Below the pieces are notes generated by a model. The model worked only from the letters and a program-made list of their open reading frames with translations, did no database searches and was not told the DNA's origin. A DNA stretch of 64,000 nucleotides from a virus, in the IMG/VR virus record IMGVR_UViG_3300047547_000167, positions 28,928 to 92,927 of that record. One strand, given 5' to 3'. This document shows positions 9,235-18,568 of this stretch, piece after piece (positions within the stretch are counted from its first letter, which is position 1; each line of letters begins with the position of its first letter). The position numbers were made by a program, and so were the translations under genes.

Positions 9235-10092
9235 ATGATCCAAGCAGCGCAGCAGACATCAGGAGTTATCGCCAGAGAGGAAGCGGGCGCTGCCGGGTAC
9301 AAGCGCTACTTCACCGGCGTGCCGTGCATGAGGGGGCATGTCGCCGAGCGACTCGTGACCAACACGCGATGCGTCCAGTGCCACAGGGAGAAAGCCAAGG
9401 TGCAGCGGGCCGCCGATCCGAGGTTGGCGGCCAGGCTGGAGGCGGCCGCGTCCGCAGCAATAGCGGCCGGGAAAAATCTGCTGTCGCGCCAGGAGGCCAT
9501 CGCACTTGGCGCGAGGCACTTTTTCACGGGGGTGGCATGTATTCGAGGACACATCTCCGAACGACTTGTCAGCGATCACTCATGCAAAGAATGCAACAGG
9601 GCGAAGGCCGCACAAGAGCGCGCACTCAATCCCGAACTGGTCAGGCGCAGGGTTCGGCAAAGCTATCAACGCCACATCGAAAAGCAGCGCGAACAATCTC
9701 GTCAGTACATGAATGCCAAGTACGCATCCAACCCAGAGGCATTTCGAGATAGGCTGCGTCAACGACGTGCAAGCGACCCAGTTTTTGCCTTTAACCACCG
9801 CGCTCGACAGATGGTCCGATCAGCGTTGATGAGGACTGGATTCAGAAAGGCCAACAAGACAGAGGCCCTTCTGGGTTGCTCCCTGGCTGAATTTAGAGGG
9901 CACATCCAGCGTCAATTCTTGCCCGGTATGGGATGGCACAACATGAGAGCTTGGGAAATCGACCACATCGTCCCGATCTCAACAGCAAAAACCAAGGAGG
10001 AAGCCGAAGCCCTCAACCACTTCACCAACCTGCGACCGCTCTGGAAGATCGACAACAGAAGCAAGCACAGCAAGACCACGCACCTGATTTGA
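9235..10092 (+). CDS. HNH endonuclease with two FTGxxCxRGH-CxxC repeats
   Basis: YFTGVPCMRGH..CVQC and FFTGVACIRGH..CKEC; WEIDHIVP...NHFTNLRPLW..DN. Confidence 0.8.
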   Translation: MIQAAQQTSGVIAREEAGAAGYKRYFTGVPCMRGHVAERLVTNTRCVQCHREKAKVQRAADPRLAARLEAAASAAIAAGKNLLSRQEAIALGARHFFTGVACIRGHISERLVSDHSCKECNRAKAAQERALNPELVRRRVRQSYQRHIEKQREQSRQYMNAKYASNPEAFRDRLRQRRASDPVFAFNHRARQMVRSALMRTGFRKANKTEALLGCSLAEFRGHIQRQFLPGMGWHNMRAWEIDHIVPISTAKTKEEAEALNHFTNLRPLWKIDNRSKHSKTTHLI

Positions 10093-10100
10093 GCACCAGC

Positions 10101-10934
10101 ATGACTACAGAACCAAAGAAACTCGGTCTCGTGATCGAAACCAATGACGAATACCACTCCCACACGGAGTCGATCAGCAAGAGCCACCTGGACACGATAG
10201 CGTCCGGGTCTCCCCGCCATTACTGGTGGAAATACTTGGCGCCTAACCGCGAGCGCCAAGAGCCCACCGCCGCCATGATCATGGGTACAGCGGTGCACTC
10301 GGCCATCCTGGAGCCCGACCTTTTCACCACGGAGATCATCGAATCGCCGGACTTCGACCGCCGCACCAAGGTGGGCAAGGCCGAGTACGAGGCATTCCAG
10401 CAGGCGAACAAAGGCAAGATCGTCCTCGCCCCCGAAGACTTCGCCACCTGCCTGGCCATCCGCGATGCCGTGCACGCCCACCCGGTGGCCGCAGGCCTGC
10501 TCCAGGGCGGGCGTGCAGAACAATCGTTCTACGCCATCGACCGCGAGACGGGCGAACTCATCAAGTGCCGCACCGACTACATGCACGACAGCGGCGCGAT
10601 GATCGTGGACGTGAAGACGACCGAGGACGCCAGCCCCAACGGGTTCGGCAAGTCGGCGGCGAACTTCCGGTACCCCATCCAGACAGCCTGGTACAACGGC
10701 GTGCTGGATGCCGCGTTTGGGGAGCACCCGAACACCTGGGTGTTTCTCGCGGTCGAGAAGAAGCCACCCTACGCGGTCGGCATCTACTTCATGGACGACG
10801 ACACGCTGGCCCGCGCAGAGATCGCCGCGCGCCGGGACTTCCTGCGCATCGTGGAGTGCAGGCGGTCGGGCGAATGGCCCGATTACGGCATGCAGCCGAT
10901 GCCGCTGGCCCTGCCGGGCTGGAGCAAGCTCTGA
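10101..10934 (+). CDS. exonuclease VIII-like PD-(D/E)xK nuclease (RecE-like)
   Basis: EYH...ISKSHLD, GTAVHSAILEP, KCRTD, VDVKTT, Y..Q.AWY. Confidence 0.88.
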   Translation: MTTEPKKLGLVIETNDEYHSHTESISKSHLDTIASGSPRHYWWKYLAPNRERQEPTAAMIMGTAVHSAILEPDLFTTEIIESPDFDRRTKVGKAEYEAFQQANKGKIVLAPEDFATCLAIRDAVHAHPVAAGLLQGGRAEQSFYAIDRETGELIKCRTDYMHDSGAMIVDVKTTEDASPNGFGKSAANFRYPIQTAWYNGVLDAAFGEHPNTWVFLAVEKKPPYAVGIYFMDDDTLARAEIAARRDFLRIVECRRSGEWPDYGMQPMPLALPGWSKL

Positions 10935-10960
10935 TTTCTCACCTCACGAAAACGACCACC

Positions 10961-12280
10961 ATGAAAATCTCATTCGTCAAAATCTCCAACATCCTCGGCA
11001 TCGACCACCTCGAATTCAGCCCCGAGGGCTTCACGCAGATCACCGGGCCCAACGGCCAGGGCAAGACCAGCGTGCTCGAAGCCATCAAGGCCGCCACAGG
11101 GCAAGGCCACGACGCCACGCTGCTGCGCAAGGGGGCCGACAAGGGCGAGGTAGTGCTCGTGCTGGACGACGGCACCGAAATCCAGCAGCGCGTCACCGCC
11201 AGCCGCACGACCCGCGATGTGGTGCGCGACGGCAAGAAGGTCACGAAGCCGGGCGACGCCATCAAGGCGCTCACCGACGCGCTGAGCGTGAACCCGGTCG
11301 AGTTCCTGACCGCCCGCCCCAAGGACCGCGTGCAGGTGCTGCTGGAGAGCATGCCCATCGAGCTGGACGCCGCCAGGCTGTCCCAGGCCTCCGGCCTGCC
11401 CGTCACCCCCACGGCAGGCGCCCACGCCCTGGCCATCATCGACCACGTGCGAAAGCAGGTCTTTGATGACCGCACGGGCACCAACCGGGCGGTGAAGGAG
11501 AAGGACGCGACGATCAACCAGCTGCGCATCGCCATGCCCGACGCGCCAGGTGGCGTCGAGGGCGACGAAGACAGCCTGCGCGCCCAACTGGAGCAGGCGC
11601 GAGTCACGCTCGACACCGAGCAGCAGCGCATCGACACCAAGCTCTCCACCATCCGCGCCGAGAGCGTGGCGCGTACCCAGGCCTTGAAAGATGAGGCCCG
11701 CGCCAAGATCGACGCCATCCAAGCGGAGCTGGCCGCAGCCATCGACGCCGAGCGCACCACGCTGGCCGACACAGAGGCCAAGGCCGGGCGCGTGCGCAGC
11801 AAGGCCGGTCAGACGTACCACGAAACGGCCAACCCGCTGGAAGCCGCCATTGCAGCCATCGCCGCCAACCGCGACGCCGCCGCCAAGCGCAAGGCCACCG
11901 CCGACACCATCGCCATGATGACCACCGAGCTGGCCGAGCTGCAAGCCGACGCCGCGCGCCAGACCAAGGCGCTGGACGACATCGACGCCTACAAGGCCGA
12001 GCTGCTGGCCAACCTGCCCATCCCCGACCTGGAAGTGATCGACGGCGAGGTCTACCGCAAGGGCGTGCCATTCGACCGCCTGAACACAGCCCAGCGCGTC
12101 GGCATCGCCTTCGAGATCGCCAAGCTGCGCGCGGGCGAACTGAAGGCGGTGTGCCTCGACGGCTGCGAGCTGCTGGACGACGAGCACCTGAAGGAACTGG
12201 AGCGCAACGCAGAAGAAAGCGGCATCCAGGTCTTCATCACGCGGGTCACCGGCAAAGAATTTGCGGTAGAAACCAAGTAA
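10961..12280 (+). CDS. SMC/Rad50-like ABC ATPase with coiled coil
   Basis: Walker A GPNGQGKTS; long coiled coil; LNTAQ signature-like motif; CLDGCELLD Walker B region. Confidence 0.85.
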   Translation: MKISFVKISNILGIDHLEFSPEGFTQITGPNGQGKTSVLEAIKAATGQGHDATLLRKGADKGEVVLVLDDGTEIQQRVTASRTTRDVVRDGKKVTKPGDAIKALTDALSVNPVEFLTARPKDRVQVLLESMPIELDAARLSQASGLPVTPTAGAHALAIIDHVRKQVFDDRTGTNRAVKEKDATINQLRIAMPDAPGGVEGDEDSLRAQLEQARVTLDTEQQRIDTKLSTIRAESVARTQALKDEARAKIDAIQAELAAAIDAERTTLADTEAKAGRVRSKAGQTYHETANPLEAAIAAIAANRDAAAKRKATADTIAMMTTELAELQADAARQTKALDDIDAYKAELLANLPIPDLEVIDGEVYRKGVPFDRLNTAQRVGIAFEIAKLRAGELKAVCLDGCELLDDEHLKELERNAEESGIQVFITRVTGKEFAVETK

Positions 12281-12348
12281 TCGCGGGAAATTGCGTTAAA
12301 ATTAGTGCATCACAACCGCCCCATCGGGGGCTTCAACCAGGAGAATTC

Positions 12349-12621
12349 ATGAAACCCAAATCAACCAAAGCGCCCGCGAGCGCAAAACCCAAAGCAACCA
12401 CAGAGCCCGCAAGCGCACCAGGCCCGACGATCCAAGGCCCGACGATCCAAAATTGCAGCATCGTGAACACGAGCGCCGCCAACGAGCACACACGCGCCGC
12501 AGTCGAAGCACTGGCTGCAGCCGTCAAAGCTAACGCCGAGGCGATCACAGCTATCGCCAACGGCCTCAAAGGTTCACCGGCCACGATGCAGTCCGGCATT
12601 CACCTGCAGGGCCTGCAATGA
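12349..12621 (+). CDS. hypothetical protein
   Basis: ATG with SD AGGAG; contains a GPTIQ tandem duplication. Confidence 0.6.
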   Translation: MKPKSTKAPASAKPKATTEPASAPGPTIQGPTIQNCSIVNTSAANEHTRAAVEALAAAVKANAEAITAIANGLKGSPATMQSGIHLQGLQ

Positions 12622-12680
12622 CCTCCGTGCGCCTACACCGCGCCCACGCCTGATCACACCCCGCAACTACGAAAGAAACC

Positions 12681-13691
12681 ATGAGTCAAGAACTCGTCAC
12701 CCAGCAGCACCAGTCTGCACCGTTCGCGCAGGGCCGCGCGCTGGCAGCCAGCGTGAACGCCGGCGCCGTAAGCGTGGAACAGGAGCGCGCGGTCGCGGAA
12801 GCCCAGGGCCAGCTCGTGCTGGCAAAGAAATTTCCCCGCGACAACAGCGCGTCCTACGCGGAGCTGATGGAGTCCTGCAAAATGCCCGCATTCGCAGCGG
12901 TCGCGTTTTACAGCGTCCCTCGCGGCGGCGGGAAGGTAACAGGCCCCAGCATTCGGCTGGCTGAAGAAATCGCCCGCTGCTACGGGAACTTCAGTTATGG
13001 GCACCGCGAGCTGTCACGAAGCGCCGGAAAGTCCGAGGTGGAGGTTTACGCCTGGGACATGGAGAAGAACAACCGCCGCATCCGGCAGATCACGGTCGAG
13101 CACGTCATCGACACGCGCGACGGCCCCAAGAAGATGCGCGACAGCAAGGAAATCGACGACAAGATCAGCAACGTGGCGAGCAAGCAGGTGCGCGGCCTGA
13201 TGCTGGCCTTGATGCCAAAATGGATGGTGGAGAGCGCCATCGAGGAATGCCGCAAGACACTGGCCGGCAACAACGACGAGCCGATCAGTGTGCGGGTTCG
13301 CAAAATGACCCAGGCATTCGCCCGGTTCGGCGTGACCACAGAGCACTTGGAGCGCCACCTCGGCCACAAACTGGACGATGTGCTGGCTGACGAGCTGGTG
13401 GACCTGATGGGGGTTTTCAACAGCCTGAAGGAAGGCACCCCAGCATCCGAGTTCTTCGGCCAGCAGGAAGCCGCCGAGGCCGTGGCCAACACCGCCGAGG
13501 CGATCAAGGCCACGGCAGCCGCCGCGCCACGAAAGGCAGCCGCAGCGAAGCCCGAACCCGCCCCCGCTGCAGCGCAGCAAGAAAGCAAGGCTGTGACAAA
13601 ACCGAGCAATCCGGTGAAAGAACAGCCAGCCCAGGCAGAGGTACAGGAGCCCACCGCATCCCCCGCAGACGATGGAGCTGACGTCTTCTAA
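12681..13691 (+). CDS. putative recombination/DNA-annealing protein
   Basis: FYSVPRGGGKVTGPSIRLAEEIAR..GN motif; follows the exonuclease and ATPase; acidic C-tail ending DVF. Confidence 0.55.
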   Translation: MSQELVTQQHQSAPFAQGRALAASVNAGAVSVEQERAVAEAQGQLVLAKKFPRDNSASYAELMESCKMPAFAAVAFYSVPRGGGKVTGPSIRLAEEIARCYGNFSYGHRELSRSAGKSEVEVYAWDMEKNNRRIRQITVEHVIDTRDGPKKMRDSKEIDDKISNVASKQVRGLMLALMPKWMVESAIEECRKTLAGNNDEPISVRVRKMTQAFARFGVTTEHLERHLGHKLDDVLADELVDLMGVFNSLKEGTPASEFFGQQEAAEAVANTAEAIKATAAAAPRKAAAAKPEPAPAAAQQESKAVTKPSNPVKEQPAQAEVQEPTASPADDGADVF

Positions 13692-13909
13692 TGAGCACCG
13701 CACGATTTCTGAGCGCGCAGGAAGTCTCAGATCGCTACGACGGCAAGATCAGCGTGAGAACGCTGGCCAACTGGCGAAACCTGGGCTCCGGCCCGCCATA
13801 TTCAAAAATTGGAGGCCGCGTGCTGTACCCATCAGAGAAGCTGGTGGAATGGGAACAGCGCAACACAGTCAAATCCACCAGCGAATACTCAAGAGGTAAC
13901 ACAGCATGA
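13691..13909 (+). CDS. excisionase/AlpA-like HTH protein
   Basis: FLSAQEV...ISVRTLANWR..GSGPPYSKIGGRVLYP...EW. Confidence 0.8.
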   Translation: MSTARFLSAQEVSDRYDGKISVRTLANWRNLGSGPPYSKIGGRVLYPSEKLVEWEQRNTVKSTSEYSRGNTA

Positions 13910-14181
13910 TGAAAAAAGCAGAACTGGCTAAGGCCATCGCAGAAAAAGTAGGCATCACCAACGTCAAGGCGCACGAGTGCCTGGATGCATTGGCCGCCGT
14001 CACCAGTGAGCAGCTGGCAGAAGGCCAGGAGATCTCTCTCCCTGGCATCGGCAAGCTCAGCACCACGGCGCGCCCCGAGCGCCCTGGGCGCAACGTGAAG
14101 ACCGGCGAGAGCATCACCATCAAGGCGTCGACCGGGGTGAAGTTCAAAGTAGCGTCATCCCTCAAGGACGCGGTTCAATAA
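13906..14181 (+). CDS. HU family DNA-binding protein
   Basis: MKKAELAKAIAEK...LPGIGKL...RPGRNVKTGESITIKA...KFK. Confidence 0.92.
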   Translation: MMKKAELAKAIAEKVGITNVKAHECLDALAAVTSEQLAEGQEISLPGIGKLSTTARPERPGRNVKTGESITIKASTGVKFKVASSLKDAVQ

Positions 14182-14207
14182 AAAAACGGGGCCTTCGGGC
14201 CCCGGTT
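14180..14207. terminator. intrinsic terminator-like hairpin
   Basis: A-run then CGGGGCC-TTCG-GGCCCCG. Confidence 0.75.
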
Positions 14208-14223
14208 CATTCTCGGGAGGTGT

Positions 14224-14949
14224 ATGAGTTGTTTGCACGTTAGACCTGTCGCATACCATGTCACTTTGATGGATGGAAGGTGGTGCATTGCCTACGCGCT
14301 GCACAACGCGACCGCTAAAAATCGCGGAGCAAAATCACTTGGCGAGAAAAAAGGAAACGTCGCGTCATGCGTTCGGTTTCCAGAGCTTGACGCCGCTGCA
14401 CCAGACGAATCCTCACTGGCGCAAAAGCGTGGGCGCCCACTGCCTCCTGGCGCTCACGATGCCGAGAAAGCAGACCAGAACATCAGGTGTTGCACCACAT
14501 GCGGCAGCATGAAGCAAAAGTCAGAATTCAACATCTTGTCAAAAGCGTCTAACCAACTCACACGCGAGTGCAAGCAATGCAGGTCTGAGAGATGGAAGAA
14601 GCTGGAGCCTGAAGACAGGATAAATCAGATGCTCTCAATGGCGAGGCATCGCGCAAAGAAGATGAAAATACCATTCAACTTAAAGCCATCTGACATTAAG
14701 ATACCGGCGCTTTGCCCCGTCCTTGGTATACCAATTCAATTTAGCGATTTGCAGAATCGCCACAACTCTCCAAGCCTCGACAGAATAATTCCCGAGCTCG
14801 GCTACACACCAAGCAACGTGATTGTTGTTTCATGGCTTGCAAACGACATTCGGCGCAACTTTAGACCTGACGACATCGTGACGGTTGGGGCGTTTTACAA
14901 AAAAATTGCCGTGACCCGGGCGGCGGAAAGGGTGACGGTGGTGGTATGA
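14224..14949 (+). CDS. HNH-like (His-Me) endonuclease
   Basis: CTTC..CKQC; CPVLGIP...SPSLDRIIPELGYTPSNV; lower GC than neighbours; start uncertain. Confidence 0.72.
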   Translation: MSCLHVRPVAYHVTLMDGRWCIAYALHNATAKNRGAKSLGEKKGNVASCVRFPELDAAAPDESSLAQKRGRPLPPGAHDAEKADQNIRCCTTCGSMKQKSEFNILSKASNQLTRECKQCRSERWKKLEPEDRINQMLSMARHRAKKMKIPFNLKPSDIKIPALCPVLGIPIQFSDLQNRHNSPSLDRIIPELGYTPSNVIVVSWLANDIRRNFRPDDIVTVGAFYKKIAVTRAAERVTVVV

Positions 14950-15173
14950 GCTACTACACCCCAATACAAACACTGGTCGCCCGCAAGGAGCACCGCTGCA
15001 CTAATTGCGGCGAGTCAATTAACGCGGGCGACGCCTACAAACGCTGGTCCAGCGTGGAGAATGTCTGGTTTACCAGCAAGATGCACCCCGAGTGCCTCCA
15101 GTGGCTCCTGGACGATGCCGATGGCGGAGAATTCGAGTACACGCCATACGATGGCGAGAGGCCCAAGCCATGA
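14946..15173 (+). CDS. small Zn-finger-like protein
   Basis: ARKEHRCTNCGESINAGDAY...HPEC. Confidence 0.7.
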   Translation: MSYYTPIQTLVARKEHRCTNCGESINAGDAYKRWSSVENVWFTSKMHPECLQWLLDDADGGEFEYTPYDGERPKP

Positions 15174-15436
15174 CCCCCCAACACAAAACCCACATCGCCG
15201 CCGAACCCGGCCAGGTCTTCTGGCGCCACGGGCGGTGCCCGCATCGAGGCTCCAAGGTGCTGCTGCTGACCATCGGCGGAATCTGCGTCACCGGCAGCTG
15301 GTATGGCGAGCCGGGGCAGTATTTCTCCGCCTGGTCGCCCATGCCGAAGACGGGATCGCCGCCGCCGGACATCCGCAGCGCCTCGCTGTGGGAGCGCATC
15401 AAGTACGCCGTCAGGCTGGTGATGGGGTGGGCGTGA
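15170..15436 (+). CDS. hypothetical protein
   Basis: ATGA-coupled start at 15170; CPHRGSKVLLLTIGG...AWSPMPK. Confidence 0.6.
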   Translation: MTPQHKTHIAAEPGQVFWRHGRCPHRGSKVLLLTIGGICVTGSWYGEPGQYFSAWSPMPKTGSPPPDIRSASLWERIKYAVRLVMGWA

Positions 15437-15726
15437 AGCGCACCGGGTGGTACCGGCCGGATCAGGTTCCAGCCAGGCGCGGCTGGTACGAGCGCGACCA
15501 CCGCCAGGTGCCGTACCAGAACCGGGAAGACCGGCGAATCAGCCTCGACCTATGGGAGCCGGTGCGTGACCGCCGAAGCATCCTGTACCCGGGTGTGTGG
15601 TACGTCCAGGGCACGCCGTACTGGTACACGTGCGGGCGCACCGGGCAGCGCGTGCTGGCGGACAACATCAACGACGCCAGCCACCAGAACCTGCCGTGGC
15701 GGGGGGTGGTGGGGCCTGCGCCCTAG
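15433..15726 (+). CDS. hypothetical protein
   Basis: GTGA-coupled start; TGWY...P.RRGWYER...QNLPWRG. Confidence 0.6.
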   Translation: MKRTGWYRPDQVPARRGWYERDHRQVPYQNREDRRISLDLWEPVRDRRSILYPGVWYVQGTPYWYTCGRTGQRVLADNINDASHQNLPWRGVVGPAP

Positions 15727-15803
15727 TTGCGCCCTTACTCCTGAGCTTGCGCCTCAATAATTTTGTGGCATACTCGTAAGTGCTTGGTTTTCAAGGGCTT
15801 TGA

Positions 15804-15849
<46 letters not shown>

Positions 15850-16037
15850 GGTGAAAATCAAGCATCCCGCAAATACACGGAGATGCCGAAAACCGCGCAA
15901 TTTCAACCGATTACCCGAATCCACACTTCCCGAAAACCCCCATAAATTCCCCGCACATCCCGGCGATTTGCGCCCTACCAGCGCCCCAACTTCTGGAGCG
16001 CGGCGCAAGCCGGGAGAAAAGGGCGCAAGAGGACAAC

Positions 16038-17201
16038 ATGCCAAAACTCACCAAGACCACCATCGACAACCTGAAGCCCGCCGCCACCGAGCAGTGGGTC
16101 TGGTGCTCCGAGCTCCCCGGCTTTGGGGTGCGCTGCCAACCCAGCGGCAACAAGACCTACATCGCCCGCTACCGCACCCAGGACGGCACCCAGCGCAAGC
16201 AAAAGATCGCCCGCACCTGCGACATGCCACCGGACAAAGCCCGCGACCTGGCGCGCAAGGTCTTCGCCGCCGTAGCCGAAGGCAAAGACCCCAAGCAGGA
16301 CCAGCGCGACGCCAAAGCCGCGCCAACGGTCGCCGAAATGTCGGCCCGCTACATGAAGGAACACGCCGAGCCCTTCAAGAAGGACGCCAGCGTGCGCAGC
16401 GACGCCAACAACTGGCGCCTCCACATCCTGCCAGCCATGGGCAGCAAAAAGGTGCGCGCCATCACCAAAGCCGACGTGCTCAGCCTCATGGGCAAGATGA
16501 CCGACAAACAAGCCGCAGCCAACCAGGTGGTGGCCCTGCTCAGCAAGTCCTTCAACCTCGCCGAAGACTGGGGCTGGCGAGACGCCAACAGCAACCCCTG
16601 CCGCCGCATCAAAAAGTACAAGATCGCCGAAAAAGAGCTGATCCTCAGCCCCGCCGAAATCGGCACGCTCGACAAGACCATGACCGACATGGTGGGCAGC
16701 GGCACCCTGCGCCCCGAGTTCGCGTCCTTCATCCGCCTGCTCATGCTCACCGGCTGCCGCAAGAGCGAAGTCATGCTGGCCCGCTGCGAGTGGATCGACC
16801 TGGAACGCGGACTCCTGCTCCTGCCCGACTCCAAGGTCGGCCAGCGCAAGATCGCCATGTCGCCAGCAGCCATCCAGATCGCCAAGGCGCTCATGGCCAA
16901 CGGCGGCGAATGGCTCATCCCCGGGCGGCGCGTCGGCAAGCCGCTCCAGACCCCGTACAAGGTGTGGAAGGCCGTGAAGGAAGCCGCAGGCCTGCCCATC
17001 GAACTGCGCCTCCACGACCTGCGCCACAGCGCCGGGTCACTGGCACACATGGCCGGCGCCAGCCAGAAGCAGGTGGCCACCATGCTGGGCCACAGCCAGC
17101 TCAGCACCACCGAGCGATACCTGCACGGCCTGACCGGCGACGCGGCCGCCACAGCGGCCAAAATCGGCGACGTGATAACGAAGGCATGGGCCACGGCGTG
17201 A
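16038..17201 (+). CDS. int: tyrosine integrase with arm-binding domain
   Basis: W..ELPGFGVR...KTY arm domain; TGCRKSE, HDLRH, LGHSQLSTTERY catalytic residues. Confidence 0.95.
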   Translation: MPKLTKTTIDNLKPAATEQWVWCSELPGFGVRCQPSGNKTYIARYRTQDGTQRKQKIARTCDMPPDKARDLARKVFAAVAEGKDPKQDQRDAKAAPTVAEMSARYMKEHAEPFKKDASVRSDANNWRLHILPAMGSKKVRAITKADVLSLMGKMTDKQAAANQVVALLSKSFNLAEDWGWRDANSNPCRRIKKYKIAEKELILSPAEIGTLDKTMTDMVGSGTLRPEFASFIRLLMLTGCRKSEVMLARCEWIDLERGLLLLPDSKVGQRKIAMSPAAIQIAKALMANGGEWLIPGRRVGKPLQTPYKVWKAVKEAAGLPIELRLHDLRHSAGSLAHMAGASQKQVATMLGHSQLSTTERYLHGLTGDAAATAAKIGDVITKAWATA

Positions 17202-17210
17202 TGCCACAAT
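17195..17210 (+). promoter_or_regulatory. putative late promoter motif (variant)
   Basis: GGCGTGATGCCACAAT, upstream of the TraR/DksA-like gene. Confidence 0.55.
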
Positions 17211-17213
17211 ACC

Positions 17214-17236
17214 AGCGGCCCCAATCCGGGGCCGCT
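17214..17236. terminator. hairpin downstream of the integrase
   Basis: AGCGGCCCC-aatcc-GGGGCCGCT; no clear U tail. Confidence 0.45.
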
Positions 17237-17253
17237 ATCACGTCGAGAACAGA

Positions 17254-17481
17254 ATGAGCCTTGAAGACAACGCCCAAGACTACGAAGCCAAGGAATGGGC
17301 GGCCAGGAACGCACCACGGCCAGAGCGCCCAACATACGCTCCAGGCGACGCCGGGTATGGCCCCGAGGAATGCGATCAGTGCGACGGAGCCGTGCACCCC
17401 GTGCGCCGAGCCAACGGCTGGAGGCTGTGCACGTCGTGCCAGTCGGCACGCGAGATCGTTACTGCCCGGCTGGCGCGCTGA
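17254..17481 (+). CDS. TraR/DksA-like C4 zinc-finger protein
   Basis: N-terminal LEDNAQDYE; CDQC...RR...LCTSCQ..RE. Confidence 0.8.
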   Translation: MSLEDNAQDYEAKEWAARNAPRPERPTYAPGDAGYGPEECDQCDGAVHPVRRANGWRLCTSCQSAREIVTARLAR

Positions 17482-17773
17482 GAGCCTCCACGACCTGCCG
17501 GTGGCGGTCCTGGCAGTCGCGGTACATCCGCGCCGTGTTCACACCCCAGCGCAGCACGGCGCCAGCAGTCCCGTCCACGGGCTCACCGAGATCAGGGCAC
17601 GGCTGGCGAAGGCTTGCCGGAATCGTTGTGGCCTCCGTGGATGGCATCGGAGAGGACGCGCAGCCCATCAGGATCGAGGCAGACATTGCGGTAAACAGGC
17701 CGCTCCACAATCCGGTCCACCGTCTCGGTGATGACTTGGTACACGACACGCTCGCGCTCCTTGAAAACTTCAT
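17459..17773 (-). CDS. o-spanin (Rz1-like lipoprotein)
   Basis: lipobox ILMGC, Pro-rich, later Cys residues; overlaps the i-spanin in another frame; start uncertain. Confidence 0.75.
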   Translation of the reverse strand: MKFSRSASVSCTKSSPRRWTGLWSGLFTAMSASILMGCASSPMPSTEATTIPASLRQPCPDLGEPVDGTAGAVLRWGVNTARMYRDCQDRHRQVVEALSAPAGQ

Positions 17774-17948
17774 GGGTGGCCGCCGCCGTGTCGGCCTTGC
17801 GGGCACGCAGGCGCACCAGCTCGGCAGCATCCTCGCGCCGCTCCAGCTCGGCAGAATCGCGTCGCCAGCCCTGAGCCTTCCAGCCCGCGCCAAATGCCAC
17901 AGCAGCCGCCACAGCGGCGACAACCAGGTGCGACTGGAACGGGATCAC
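17592..17948 (-). CDS. i-spanin (Rz-like)
   Basis: N-terminal TM, GWKAQGWR, coiled coil, VYRNVC. Confidence 0.8.
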   Translation of the reverse strand: MIPFQSHLVVAAVAAAVAFGAGWKAQGWRRDSAELERREDAAELVRLRARKADTAAATHEVFKERERVVYQVITETVDRIVERPVYRNVCLDPDGLRVLSDAIHGGHNDSGKPSPAVP

Positions 17949-18568
17949 GCCAGCGCTCGGTCGGCGGCCAGCGTCACCTCGGCGCGGTGCTCAATACCCA
18001 CCGTGCCGCCATTCACGCGGCGCGTGACCTTCACGATGTTGTCCATGATGGAGTCCGGCAGGTTGCCCTCCCACCACGCCACGGATGCGCGCAGCGCGCA
18101 CTCAGGCTGCGCCAGGAGGTCGGGGTTGCCCGTCAGGTCCACACCAATGGCGCGGCCCACGGCGGTGTAGTTGTCCCGGCCGGTGACCTGGAGCAGACCG
18201 CGACCCCGGAAGCGGAAGCCGTCGCCATGCTGCATGTTGCCCATGCGGCCGCTGTAGACGTAGTTCGCCAGGCCCTCGGGGTTGCGCACGTAGGGAGCCG
18301 CGTCGGCCGGCGTGCGGAACCGGCGCGGCCACACTTTGCACAGGCGGTCGGCGCTGGTGTACGTGAGGCCTTCCTCGACGCGCTCCAGCATGCCGGACTC
18401 GTGGAGCACCTGACCCAGGAAGTCGCCCAGCTCGGACGCGCCAGCGCTGAAAGAGCCGTCTGTGATGACGGCAGAGAATACGGGGGCCCAGCGGGTTGCC
18501 GTGGCGCGCTTGACGCCGCAGCGCGTGAGAATTTCAGTCCACTGGGCGGGAGTCTTGGAAATCGTCAT
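17945..18568 (-). CDS. endolysin, glycoside hydrolase family 19
   Basis: FLGQVLHES, ANYVYSGRMGN, GDGFRFRGRGLLQVTGRDNY, TRRVNGG. Confidence 0.92.
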   Translation of the reverse strand: MTISKTPAQWTEILTRCGVKRATATRWAPVFSAVITDGSFSAGASELGDFLGQVLHESGMLERVEEGLTYTSADRLCKVWPRRFRTPADAAPYVRNPEGLANYVYSGRMGNMQHGDGFRFRGRGLLQVTGRDNYTAVGRAIGVDLTGNPDLLAQPECALRASVAWWEGNLPDSIMDNIVKVTRRVNGGTVGIEHRAEVTLAADRALA

